Assembly: GCA_963663545.1 (NCBI GenBank)
Contig: OY760505.1
Coordinates: forward strand, 2,400,001-2,464,000
DNA length: 64,000 bases
Reading direction: 5' to 3'
Origin: Candidatus Delongbacteria bacterium
GTDB taxonomy: Bacteria > CAIWAD01
In this document: piece after piece, positions 29,338-39,032 of the stretch
Layout of the letters: each line of letters opens with the position of its first letter
Numbering within the stretch: position 1 is the stretch's first letter
Program-made: the position numbers and the translations under genes
The notes under the pieces: model-generated
What the model saw: only the letters and a program-made list of their open reading frames with translations
Database searches by the model: none
Told to the model about the DNA's origin: nothing

Positions 29338-31125
29338 GTGGAATGCCGAGACTTAACCCTGGCCATCGTCGGTTCTGGCGGTGACGGTGTCGTCAGCGCC
29401 GGGGAGATCATTGTCAAGGCTGCGGCGCACGAAGGCCTGCATGGCTTTCTGCTGAAGAGCTTCGGTCCGCAGATCCGCGGTGGTGAGTCTTCCTGCAAGA
29501 TCCGTCTGTCTCAGGACAAGATCCTTTCCATTGGAGAGGAAACTCGAATCCTGATGTGTTACAACTGGGCCGATTACCGTCGCTTCAAGGCGGAAATCCC
29601 CTTGCATCCAAATGCCGTTATCCTCTCCGATGAGGACGATCCCGTCCAGGACGCGGACGTTCCCGTCGAGTTTACAGAGGACATGACCTGGATCAAGGTG
29701 CCCTTCAAGCGTCTCGCCAACGAGAAGCTGGGCAATATCCTGACCAAGAACATCCTTTCGCTGGGAATTCTCTGCGGCATGTTCTCACTGCCCAAGCGCG
29801 GTGTGCTGGATCAGATTCGCAAGCGCTTCGGCAAAAAGCGCCAGGAAATCATCGACCTGAACATGAACGCCATCAAGGTCGGCGAAGACTGGGTGTTTGC
29901 TCAGGAGCTGCCCAAGGATCACCTGCGTTTCGCTCCCTACAAGGAGTCGGAGCCCAAGCTGGTGCTCACGGGCAACGAGGCCGCATCCGTTGGCGCGCTG
30001 TGGTCCGGGCTCGAGATTTTTGCTGGCTATCCCATTACGCCCGCTTCCGATGTGATGGAGTGGCTGGAGCACCATCTGCCGCAGACCGGCGGTACCATGA
30101 TTCAGGCCGAGGACGAGATCGCCTCGCTGGGAATCGTGATCGGTGCCTCCTTTGCGGGTAAGAAATCGATGACGGCCACCTCCGGCCCCGGTATTTCGCT
30201 GATGTCGGAAATGCTGGGCCTGGCTGCCATCGCCGAGATTCCCGCTGTGGTGATCAACGTGCAGCGCGGTGGACCTTCCACCGGTCTGCCCACCAAGACC
30301 AGCCAGGGCGACCTGCTGCAGGCCTGCTTTACCACTCATGGTGATGCTCCGCATGTGGTGCTGGCTCCCACCGATGTGCGCGACTGTGCCGCGGTGACAG
30401 CCGAGGCCTTCTACCTTTCCGAGAAGTATCAGATTCCGGTGATCGTGCTTTCCGACCAGTTCGTCGGCCAGCGCTACGAGACCGTGATACGTTACGAGTT
30501 GCTGCGTGAGGGCATCGACAAGGGCTACATTCGCCGCTACAACCGCGACGTGCCCGCTCCCGAGGATTGCAACGAGAACTATCTGCGGTACAAGTACACC
30601 GACAACCATGTATCACCGATGAGCTTTCCGGGCATTAAGGGCGCGTATTACGTGGCCTCCGGCCTGGAGCACGACGAGCGCGGATATCCTACCTCCGATG
30701 TGGACGTCCACCTTGACATGCACAACAAGCGTCACGGCAAGTTCGAGCACATCGTCAACGAGAGCTTCTTCCGCCACTACGGCCACCGCGATGCCCGTTT
30801 GGGCATTCTGTGTTGGGGAAGCGCCAAGGGCCCTGTGCACGAGGCGATGCTTGAGGCCGAAGAGCAGTACGGCATTCGTACCCGCTGTCTCATTCCTACC
30901 TGCCTCATGCCGCTGGACGTCGAGCGCATTCAGCACTTCGTCGATTCCTGCGCGCGTGTCATTATTGCCGAGGCCAATTACAGTGCCCAGTTCTACCGCT
31001 ACCTGCGGACCATGGTGGACGTCAGCCGCAAGCGCGTGCGCCAGTTGAATGTGTCCGACGGTCAGCCCTTGCCGGTGGATCTGGTCAAGGAGACCATCAA
31101 GGAGGTGCACGATGAGCTCCAATAG
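29338..31125 (+). CDS. korA: 2-oxoacid:ferredoxin oxidoreductase alpha subunit (gamma-alpha fusion)
   Basis: GSGGDGV, IRGGES, GYPITPAS, QAEDEIA, ATSGPG, QRGGPSTGLPTK; AAGGAG SD. Substrate not determinable. Confidence 0.93.
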   Translation: MECRDLTLAIVGSGGDGVVSAGEIIVKAAAHEGLHGFLLKSFGPQIRGGESSCKIRLSQDKILSIGEETRILMCYNWADYRRFKAEIPLHPNAVILSDEDDPVQDADVPVEFTEDMTWIKVPFKRLANEKLGNILTKNILSLGILCGMFSLPKRGVLDQIRKRFGKKRQEIIDLNMNAIKVGEDWVFAQELPKDHLRFAPYKESEPKLVLTGNEAASVGALWSGLEIFAGYPITPASDVMEWLEHHLPQTGGTMIQAEDEIASLGIVIGASFAGKKSMTATSGPGISLMSEMLGLAAIAEIPAVVINVQRGGPSTGLPTKTSQGDLLQACFTTHGDAPHVVLAPTDVRDCAAVTAEAFYLSEKYQIPVIVLSDQFVGQRYETVIRYELLREGIDKGYIRRYNRDVPAPEDCNENYLRYKYTDNHVSPMSFPGIKGAYYVASGLEHDERGYPTSDVDVHLDMHNKRHGKFEHIVNESFFRHYGHRDARLGILCWGSAKGPVHEAMLEAEEQYGIRTRCLIPTCLMPLDVERIQHFVDSCARVIIAEANYSAQFYRYLRTMVDVSRKRVRQLNVSDGQPLPVDLVKETIKEVHDELQ

Positions 31126-31996
31126 TCCCACCATCGATCACGCCTGCCAGCATAAGCCCAAGGACTACAAGCGCGCCTTGAAGCCCGTGTGGTGTCCGGG
31201 TTGCGGTGATTATGGTGTGGTCAACGCGCTCTACAAAACCATGGCCGATCTCAACCTGCAGCGCGAAGATCTGGCGGTGGTTTCGGGCATCGGCTGCTCC
31301 AGTCGTATTCCCGGCTACGTCAATGCTTACGGATTCAACGGCGTGCACGGTCGCGCCTTGACCATTGCGACCGGTGTTAAGCTGGCGCGTCCCGAGACCA
31401 CGGTGATCATCTGTGGTGGTGATGGTGACGGTCTGGCCATTGGTATGGGACACTTTCCCCATGCTGCACGCCGCAACCTGAACATGACCTACATCATGAT
31501 GGACAACCGTATCTACGGTCTGACCAAGGGGCAGATGTCGCCGACCACCGAGCACGACCTGCGCACCAAGACCAGTACAAAGGGCAACATTGAGCAACCC
31601 ATCAATCCGGTGCTGCTGGCTCTTTCGGTGGGGGTTACTTTTGTAGCACGCACGGTGGGCACCAACATCAAGCACATGTCCGAGATTTTCAAGCAGGCTG
31701 TGGAGCACAATGGTTTTAGCTTTGTGCACGTGCTCTCGCCTTGTATCACATTCCGTGGCAAGGGCCAGTTTGATAATCTTGAGTCCCGCACTCATTTCCT
31801 CGAGCCCGGCGAGCACGACGTAACCGACTTCCGCGAAGCGCACGAGAAGACCATGTTCGGCGAGAAGCTGTACATGGGCGTGCTGTACCAGCAGAAGAAG
31901 GAAAGCTTCATGCAGCGCTATGAGACCATTCGCAATGATTTCATGCAGGGCAGCCGCAAGACCGTTGTCGAAGTGGTGGACGAGTTCCTTCCCTAG
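31112..31996 (+). CDS. korB: 2-oxoacid:ferredoxin oxidoreductase beta subunit
   Basis: WCPGCGD, SGIGCSS, HGRA, GGDGD, DNRIYGLTKGQ.SPT, LSPC. Confidence 0.94.
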   Translation: MSSNSPTIDHACQHKPKDYKRALKPVWCPGCGDYGVVNALYKTMADLNLQREDLAVVSGIGCSSRIPGYVNAYGFNGVHGRALTIATGVKLARPETTVIICGGDGDGLAIGMGHFPHAARRNLNMTYIMMDNRIYGLTKGQMSPTTEHDLRTKTSTKGNIEQPINPVLLALSVGVTFVARTVGTNIKHMSEIFKQAVEHNGFSFVHVLSPCITFRGKGQFDNLESRTHFLEPGEHDVTDFREAHEKTMFGEKLYMGVLYQQKKESFMQRYETIRNDFMQGSRKTVVEVVDEFLP

Positions 31997-32023
31997 ACGT
32001 CGGTTTTCACACTTTTGCGATCC

Positions 32024-32053
32024 AGGGGGCGTTCCGCAGGGAGCGCCCCTTTT
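32024..32053 (+). terminator. Intrinsic terminator of korAB
   Basis: GGGGCGTTCC-GCAG-GGAGCGCCCC then TTTT. Confidence 0.8.
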
Positions 32054-32160
32054 GCACGGCGAACTTTTCCTGAACCTGTGATTTTTCTCTTGTCTCCAGC
32101 TTCAATCTGTACCAGATTTGGCACACTCTACCGACCAAAGAAGGCAAGTAACAGTCCAAA

Positions 32161-34140
32161 TTGGCTGCAAGCGAATCCATATCCGCTCTGAGCAGCGTGC
32201 AGGCCTATAGGGCCAGGCGCTACCGTGAGGCAATCAGGCTGTTTCCGGCAGACATCGAATCGTGCCGGGAACCGCAGCGTGCCGCGCGCCTATCGCTGCT
32301 GTATGGCAACAGCTTGCTCGGCGAAGGCTTGAACCGCGAGGCGCGCGAGGTGTATTTCACCACCTATCGCCGCTGCCGGTTGGGCCAGTTTGTCGGCGAG
32401 TTTCGCGATGTGGGTGCCAAAGCCCTGATGAACGCCGGTCTGGCCACCAAGAATTTGGGCGAATACGGACCGGCGATCCAGTTCTATCGAGAAGCGCTGC
32501 GTAGCGGCCTGGTGGAGAAGCCGCTGGAGCGCGTTCAAGCGCGCAACCTGCTGGGAAGTTTGCTCACGCGTTTGGGCGAGTACGACGAGGCCCGACAGGA
32601 GCTGCAGGATGCGCTGGGTGAGGCCCGTTTACTAGACGAAGAACTGCTGCGGTCGGACATTCACCTGAACCTGGCTGTGCTAGCCTTCCATCAGGGGAAT
32701 CACGCCGTTTCAGAACAAGAGTTGAATAGCGCCCTGGAGGCGGCCGACGGTGATCCCGAGCGTCATCTGCGCGCCTGGGTCAACATGGGTACGCTGCTTA
32801 TTGATCAGCATCACGCCTCCGGTGCCTGGGTGTACTTTGACAAGGCCGAAGACCTGGCCAGACGGACGGGGCGTCGTAAACATCTGCCTTTGGTTCTGGC
32901 CAACAAAGCGCGTATTCGCCAACACGAGGGATTGTCCATCGAGGCGGTGCGTCTGGCTAGCGAAGCCATGCAGATCAACGAAGAGCTTCAACTCGAGGAT
33001 CAGTGGGTTCGTAGTTGCTGCCGCGAAGTGTTGGAAGAGAATGAGCGCGACGTAAAGGACAACTTCCGGCTGGCGGAAGTGCTCATTCGCAGCCACGACA
33101 TGATTGCGGTTTCCGAGCCGATGCGCCGCATCATACGCGATATCGAGGCGCTTTCGGCCAGTGATTTGCCCGTATTGGTGCTGGGTGAAACGGGAACGGG
33201 CAAGGAGTTGGTGGCGCGCGCGCTGCACAACGCTGGCCCCAGGCGTTCGGCGCCATTTGTTCCTGTCAACTGTCCGGCCATTCCGGATACGCTGTTTGAG
33301 AGCACGCTCTTTGGACACGTTCGCGGTGCCTTCACCGGTGCCGATCGCGATAGCCGCGGCCTGGTTGAACTGGCTGGCGATGGCACCATTTTCCTGGATG
33401 AAATTGGCGACTTGCCGCTGTCCATTCAGCCTAAACTATTGCGCTTTCTGGAAAACGGCGAGTTTCAGCCGATGGGTTCGAACGAGATTCGCTATGCCGG
33501 CGCGCGCATTGTTTCGGCGACGAATCGTGACCTGGTGCATCTGCGCGGGCAACAACAGTTCCGCGAAGATCTGTTGATGCGCATCAGCGCGTTTCGCATT
33601 GGCCTGCCGCCTCTGCGTGAGCGTCGCGAGGATGTGTATTTCATTGCCAGCGCGGTGCTTGAAGAGCAGAACCGACGTTACGGGTGTCACAAGACTCTTT
33701 CCGCATTGGCGCTGCAATTGCTGAATGAGTACCCTTTTCCCGGCAATGTTCGAGAGCTGCGAAACTGCATTCTGCGCGGTTTTCAGGTTGCCGATCGTTG
33801 TATCGAACCCGAGGCCCTTGGATTGCCCTTACATGGCACCCACAGTGTTGCCGTGCAACTGCAGAAGGGGCCGCAAGATGAACGCGATTGGCGCAGTGTG
33901 CTGGGGCGCGCGATGGAGCTGCCCGATGGGGTCAGCCTGGAGGAAGCTCTGAATGAAATGGAGCGACGGGTGATCTTGCAGGCGCTTGAACTTCGCCAAG
34001 GGGATCGCGAAATGGTTGCCGACGATTTGGGTTTGAGCTTCCGTGCCCTGAAATACAAGATTTCCAAGTATGGAATAAAATCACGCAAGCGCGTGAAGGA
34101 TCGCGGTTCGCGAACCGAAGAGCAGGAGACGCGAGAATGA
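32161..34140 (+). CDS. Sigma54-dependent transcriptional activator with N-terminal TPR domain
   Basis: TPR-like repeats; GETGTGKE, intact GAFTGA, FLDEIGD, FPGNVREL; C-terminal Fis-type HTH. Confidence 0.92.
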   Translation: MAASESISALSSVQAYRARRYREAIRLFPADIESCREPQRAARLSLLYGNSLLGEGLNREAREVYFTTYRRCRLGQFVGEFRDVGAKALMNAGLATKNLGEYGPAIQFYREALRSGLVEKPLERVQARNLLGSLLTRLGEYDEARQELQDALGEARLLDEELLRSDIHLNLAVLAFHQGNHAVSEQELNSALEAADGDPERHLRAWVNMGTLLIDQHHASGAWVYFDKAEDLARRTGRRKHLPLVLANKARIRQHEGLSIEAVRLASEAMQINEELQLEDQWVRSCCREVLEENERDVKDNFRLAEVLIRSHDMIAVSEPMRRIIRDIEALSASDLPVLVLGETGTGKELVARALHNAGPRRSAPFVPVNCPAIPDTLFESTLFGHVRGAFTGADRDSRGLVELAGDGTIFLDEIGDLPLSIQPKLLRFLENGEFQPMGSNEIRYAGARIVSATNRDLVHLRGQQQFREDLLMRISAFRIGLPPLRERREDVYFIASAVLEEQNRRYGCHKTLSALALQLLNEYPFPGNVRELRNCILRGFQVADRCIEPEALGLPLHGTHSVAVQLQKGPQDERDWRSVLGRAMELPDGVSLEEALNEMERRVILQALELRQGDREMVADDLGLSFRALKYKISKYGIKSRKRVKDRGSRTEEQETRE

Positions 34141-36917
34141 GGACAGGTTGGCCCCGGATCTGCGCACTTACACTGGCGCTATCGGCACCCGTCCTGGCCA
34201 GTGCGAGCAAGGCAACGCTGGGTGTGGATTTTCTTCAGCCCGAGGCCTGGAGCCTTCAATCCACCGCTCCCATGGAATTCTATGCCAGAATCGAATGCGG
34301 AGCCACGGACAGTTGGTTGCTAATGGATGATCTGGAGGGCGGTACTGTACTCGCTAGCGGTGTTGGTCCTCAAGATGGAACGCAGGCGATCTTTCAGGGC
34401 GCTTTTCAGCAGGGGCTACGCCGTTTCAGGCTGGATCTTGTTGCTGACGGTGAAGTGCTTTCGCGTCGGTTGAATTTTGCTGTTGCGGCTCCTCAGCTTC
34501 AGGGTTGGCCGTGGCAGCCGAATTCTGGCAGCAAACAGAGTACACTCCCCTTGCAGCCCGAGCTCATTGGCGAGAACCTGGTGTTCCCGGTGCGCAGCAT
34601 GAACGATAGCCTTGTAATGGTCGATCGCGTCTACAGCTTCCTGCCCGATGGTAGCCTGAATGCCGGTTATCCACTGGAACTTAGTGCTCAGGGGGAATCG
34701 CTGGAGATCTGTTCCCTTCCGCTTGCGGTTTCCGCCGATGAATCGGCCTTCTTGCTGCAGTGTAAAAGTGGTCTTGTGATACACCAGGGCGCGGTACGAC
34801 TGCAGCATCCGGCAACGGGATGGGTCAGTACGCCGCCGATTTCCTATGCCACAGCCGAGGGCGTGCGCTTTTACAGCATTTCGGGAGATGAGAATCAACG
34901 CCTGCTTCAGGAATTCAATTCTGAACTCGTCTTGTTGCGTAGCTGCGCGCTCCCTGAAGGCACACCAATTTCAGGTCAACCTCTTGTGCTGGCTGATCTG
35001 GAATCCGACGGACAGTCGGATCTTGTGTTGGCCTTGAATGACGCAGTGACACCAAGTTGCACCTTGTACCGCATCGGCTTGCAGGATTTTACCTGTACTC
35101 CAATGTTCAGCGTGGAGATGCTGCTGAAGGGAGTCATGGCTGGTGAGCTTAACAACGACTGGTTCTCCGATCTCGTTCTGATCGGTTATACCAGTGTGCT
35201 GGTCGTGGACCCTAGTGGTACAGAGCTGGCGCAATGCAGTGGTCTCTACAAAACCGGCCCGGCTACTCTCGTTGGCGGAGCGACAGGCCACTCCCAACGC
35301 GTGCTTTTTACCGAAGTCAACTTGGTGGATGAGTGCTATCTGCGCGTGCTACGCAGCGATGGCGTAGTCGATCCGCTGGATGGCATTCTGCTGGGTACGC
35401 ACATGGAATGCCACCATGGGCCGATGTATGCCGATGTGGATGGCGATGGTCGCAGGGAGATCCTGTTGGCCCTGGAGGACCAGACAACCGCCGACAGCTT
35501 CACGCGCGTTGCTGTTGTGGATCCCGTCGATGGGCTTCAGGACAGCGAATGGTTCATGCCCGGTTGCTGCCTGAAGGCGCCGCTGCTTTGCGATCTGAAT
35601 CACGATGGCTTGCTGGACTTTGTTCTCGCGGATGACCGCGGCACGCTGGCTGTCTGGCCGACCTTGGCTGATGAAGCCAATCCGCCGCATGCGCTGGGCA
35701 ATTCGCGTCATAATGGCAGCTGGCTGCAAGTGACGGAGCAGAGCTCGCTACCGGAAGTGCTTGAAGGATCCTGGGCCTGGAGCGGTGTACGTGCACTTTG
35801 CGATGGCGGCCTTTGCCGCAATTTCACGCTACTTGCTGGCGAGTTGTCCCTAGCGCAAAACCACCAACTAGAGGGTGCGCTGAGTATTGGCGGCGACGCG
35901 ACGCTACGAGTTTACAATTCAGCTGAGTTGAGCCTACCTGCAGGAATCGCCCTTGATGTGGCGGGAACACTGTGCTTGCAGGGCACCGGTTACCAATTGG
36001 GGCAGCTTCCCTCCGGAACGACGCGTCTGGCTTCTGCGCTGAATGCCATGAATCTGCAATTCCGGGCCGGGGCCACTTTCCGAAGCCAGGATTGTATTCT
36101 TGTTGGCCTTGAGCGTGACATCGTTTTGGAAAATGCCAACCTCCAGTTGGTGCAAACCTGGCTGGAAGGCGAAAGCCACATTCAACTCCGCGGCACGCAA
36201 GCCTTTATCCAGCACAGTCTGCTGCAGCTGAGGCGCGACATGGTCGATGCTCGTGAGGGTAGTCGACTGACCATTGAGACGAGCGTGCTGACCTGCGGAG
36301 AAGGTGTGGCTGTTTCCAGCCGAGATGGTGCGCTACAGCTTTCCGAGTGCACACTGCTGACTTCCGATTGCGGTGTCGAAACAGGTGGAAGCGGCAGCGT
36401 TTTGCTCATTGGTTGCCACTTCCAGGGCAATGATGTGGATTTGCGGGTTCTGGATCATGCTGCGCAAATCTCCATGCGCGATTGCGATTTCATTGAGGCT
36501 TTTGACGTTGCTGTGGACAACCGTGACCTCGAGGATTCGGTTATGGCGTCGCAGTGCTATTGGCAGTGCGAAGTGCCCTCGTCCGGTAACGTTCAGCGCT
36601 TGTCGCCTCTGGAGGAACCGCATCAGCTTCTGGCCGTGCCCAGTACTGTTTCCGATGTCGGCACAGGACCGATGGTGGACGGCGACGAGCCCTTGGAATG
36701 GGATCCGGTCAATTTCTCTGTCGGCGGCATTCCCTTGCGCGTAAGCTACCGCGTTTACCGCAGCAGCGACGCTTATGATGTGGTGAGCCCTGAAAATCTG
36801 CTGGCCGAAGTAACGGTCCCCTTCTATCATGATCGCCAGCGTCCGCCGCGTGCATTCTACTGTGTTACGGCGGTCGTCGGCTATGTCAGCGACGAAGCGC
36901 AAGGACAGGGAAACTGA
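34137..36917 (+). CDS. Secreted protein with FG-GAP/VCBS-like repeats and beta-helix region
   Basis: Signal peptide; ADLESDGQSDLV, ADVDGDGRREI, DLNHDGLLDFV repeats; FN3-like C-terminus. Confidence 0.7.
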   Translation: MRTGWPRICALTLALSAPVLASASKATLGVDFLQPEAWSLQSTAPMEFYARIECGATDSWLLMDDLEGGTVLASGVGPQDGTQAIFQGAFQQGLRRFRLDLVADGEVLSRRLNFAVAAPQLQGWPWQPNSGSKQSTLPLQPELIGENLVFPVRSMNDSLVMVDRVYSFLPDGSLNAGYPLELSAQGESLEICSLPLAVSADESAFLLQCKSGLVIHQGAVRLQHPATGWVSTPPISYATAEGVRFYSISGDENQRLLQEFNSELVLLRSCALPEGTPISGQPLVLADLESDGQSDLVLALNDAVTPSCTLYRIGLQDFTCTPMFSVEMLLKGVMAGELNNDWFSDLVLIGYTSVLVVDPSGTELAQCSGLYKTGPATLVGGATGHSQRVLFTEVNLVDECYLRVLRSDGVVDPLDGILLGTHMECHHGPMYADVDGDGRREILLALEDQTTADSFTRVAVVDPVDGLQDSEWFMPGCCLKAPLLCDLNHDGLLDFVLADDRGTLAVWPTLADEANPPHALGNSRHNGSWLQVTEQSSLPEVLEGSWAWSGVRALCDGGLCRNFTLLAGELSLAQNHQLEGALSIGGDATLRVYNSAELSLPAGIALDVAGTLCLQGTGYQLGQLPSGTTRLASALNAMNLQFRAGATFRSQDCILVGLERDIVLENANLQLVQTWLEGESHIQLRGTQAFIQHSLLQLRRDMVDAREGSRLTIETSVLTCGEGVAVSSRDGALQLSECTLLTSDCGVETGGSGSVLLIGCHFQGNDVDLRVLDHAAQISMRDCDFIEAFDVAVDNRDLEDSVMASQCYWQCEVPSSGNVQRLSPLEEPHQLLAVPSTVSDVGTGPMVDGDEPLEWDPVNFSVGGIPLRVSYRVYRSSDAYDVVSPENLLAEVTVPFYHDRQRPPRAFYCVTAVVGYVSDEAQGQGN

Positions 36918-36930
36918 CAGCTTATCGAGC

Positions 36931-36964
36931 AAAAAATGAGGGGCGGATCAACCGCCCCTTTTTG
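36931..36964. terminator. Bidirectional terminator between convergent genes
   Basis: AAAAAA..AGGGGCGG-ATCAA-CCGCCCCT-TTTT. Confidence 0.8.
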
Positions 36965-36982
36965 TTCTGATGGTGGTTCGGA

Positions 36983-38479
36983 CTAGCCTTCCAGGTTACG
37001 TCCGAAACGCCGTGTCAGCGCGCTTAGCTCACGGGCCAGTCGCTTCTTGGGATAGCGACCACTCATGCGCCAAGCCCAGTTGCCAGCCGTTGTGCCGGGC
37101 GTATTCATGCGTCCGCTACCGTCCAGATTCAGCAGATCCTGCATTGGAACTACGGCCCAGTTCGCACTGCTGCGCCAGATGGCTTCGACCGAAGCCCAAG
37201 CGAAGTCTTCTTCGCGCGTTATGCCAAGGTAATCGAACATGCGGTTTCGTATTGATCCGGCACCCTCTTCACGAATGAAGCCACGCATTGTGTTGTTGTC
37301 GTGCGTACCCGTGTAGGCGATACAATGGCGCGAGTAGTTGTGCGGCAAGAAGGGGTCGCGTCCGTCGCTAAAGAAGCCGAACTGGAAAACGCGCATACCA
37401 GGGAGATTGAAATCGTCGCGCAGGGCTTCCACTTCAGGCGTGATCACGCCCAGGTCCTCGGCGATCAGGCGCAGTTCAGGTAACTGATGCTGAAGCACTT
37501 GAAAGAGCTCACGTCCCGGAGTGGGTGCCCAAACACCATGCTCCGCGGTCTTTGCATCACCGGGAACCTCCCAGGCCGACTCAAAGCCACGGAAATGGTC
37601 AACTCGCACAACGTCCACTTGGCGCATCATGCGTGAGAAACGACTACGCCACCACCAGAAATTGTCGGCGCGCATCGCCTCCCAATTGTAGTGGGGATTT
37701 CCCCAGAGTTGACCGGTTTTGCTGAAATAGTCCGGCGGTACGCCCGCGACCACTTCGGGATGACCATCTTCACTTACGCGAAAGAAGTGGCGCCAGGCCC
37801 AGACATCGGCGGAGTCGAAGGAGACGAAAATGGGCATGTCGCCGATGATCAGAATTCCACGCTCAGCGGCTGCATCTCGGACCTGCTGCCACTGCTTGTC
37901 GAAGGCGTACTGGATGAACTTGTGAAAAAGCACACGCTCCTGGAGCTCTTCGTTGATGGCACGCAGTGCGGCTTCGTCGTGGCGTCGGTACTCCTCTGGC
38001 CACTCCCTCCAGGGCTTGCCGTCAAACTTCTCCTTGAGCGTGGCAAACAGGGCGTAATCATGCAGCCACCATCCCTCGCGGGTGTAGTAGTCTTCAAACT
38101 CATCCCTGAATCGCTCGGCTTGCCCCTGCTGAAAATTGCGCCAGGCTTCTTCCAGCAGTTCCCGCTTGGCTTCACGCACGGGGTCGTACTCCACCAGCCT
38201 ACCAGCCGGTGTTTTACGCAGGGACGATTCGGGCACAAAGCCGTGGTCGGCAAACCACTCCGGATCGAGGAGCAGCTCGTTGCCAGCAAAGGCCGAATAG
38301 CACTGGTAGGGTGAGTCGGCATAACCGGTTGGGCCCAGAGGCAGGATTTGCCACAGCCCCTGGTCAGCCTCGTGCAGAAAGTCAAGAAAATCCACCGCCA
38401 TACGGCCCAAGTCGCCAATTCCGTAAGGAGAAGGCAGGCTCGTGGGGTGGAGCAGAATACCAGATCTTCTTTTATCCAT
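36983..38479 (-). CDS. malQ: 4-alpha-glucanotransferase (GH77)
   Basis: RRSGILLHPTSLP, WQILPLGPT, GVPPDYFSKTGQLWGNP, RVDHFRG, IAEDLG, YTGTHDN. Confidence 0.97.
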   Translation of the reverse strand: MDKRRSGILLHPTSLPSPYGIGDLGRMAVDFLDFLHEADQGLWQILPLGPTGYADSPYQCYSAFAGNELLLDPEWFADHGFVPESSLRKTPAGRLVEYDPVREAKRELLEEAWRNFQQGQAERFRDEFEDYYTREGWWLHDYALFATLKEKFDGKPWREWPEEYRRHDEAALRAINEELQERVLFHKFIQYAFDKQWQQVRDAAAERGILIIGDMPIFVSFDSADVWAWRHFFRVSEDGHPEVVAGVPPDYFSKTGQLWGNPHYNWEAMRADNFWWWRSRFSRMMRQVDVVRVDHFRGFESAWEVPGDAKTAEHGVWAPTPGRELFQVLQHQLPELRLIAEDLGVITPEVEALRDDFNLPGMRVFQFGFFSDGRDPFLPHNYSRHCIAYTGTHDNNTMRGFIREEGAGSIRNRMFDYLGITREEDFAWASVEAIWRSSANWAVVPMQDLLNLDGSGRMNTPGTTAGNWAWRMSGRYPKKRLARELSALTRRFGRNLEG

Positions 38480-38864
38480 ACGTGCAAATATAAATTGTGT
38501 AACAGGAAAATAGTAGCACACGTGCCAGCCAAGTGCGCAAGAGCGGACATGAAATGCGCTTTTTCCTGAATTGGAGTCAGGAATGGACAAAAGTCCAAAA
38601 CTTGTCTCTAGAATTGGAGCCTATATTGTCCATTTATGTGATTGGGAGACCCGTTGATTCTGCTAACTCATGAATAAACAGGTATGGTCCTCTTGCGTCA
38701 AGGTTGGCCCGTTTCTTGTAATCACCTGCGTGTTCCGAGTCAATCGGACTGTTTTGCTTCTCCTTCATTTGGTTGGGCATGGCGTTTCGGGGCACTCCCC
38801 TTTAGCTCCGTCAACAACGCCACGTTTTGTCGGCGCCAGTCGACATGCAATAGTTCCGGACTTC

Positions 38865-38897
38865 GCCCCGGGCCCCGTGGTCCGGGGCATCTTTTTT
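38865..38897 (+). terminator. Orphan intrinsic terminator in a divergent intergenic region
   Basis: GCCCCGGGCC-CCGT-GGTCCGGGGC then ATCTTTTTT; no credible + strand CDS upstream. Confidence 0.7.
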
Positions 38898-39004
38898 CCC
38901 CATGGGAACAAGCTGCCCAGCGCCTATCCCAAGTGCCTGGTGTCCGATTTCTTGAACTTCTGAAATTCCATACTCTTGCTTAGGCGATATGCCAAATGTT
39001 GAGC

Positions 39005-39019
39005 TGGCACGCCACTTGC
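39005..39019 (+). promoter_or_regulatory. Sigma54 (-24/-12) promoter
   Basis: TGGCACGCCACTTGC matches TGGCACG-N4-TTGC exactly, directly before a gene start. Confidence 0.75.
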
Positions 39020-39032
39020 CATGAGCCGCTGC

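Noticed and set aside
32119..32133. TGGCAC upstream of the sigma54 activator (and a minus-strand TGGCACG near 38527)
   Set aside because: No TTGC at the -12 position.
37849..38598. 249-aa alternative-frame ORF over malQ
   Set aside because: Overlaps a confident GH77 gene; no recognisable features.
38670..38983. 97-aa and 99-aa ORFs in the divergent gap
   Set aside because: No SD, atypical composition, and both run through a strong terminator.
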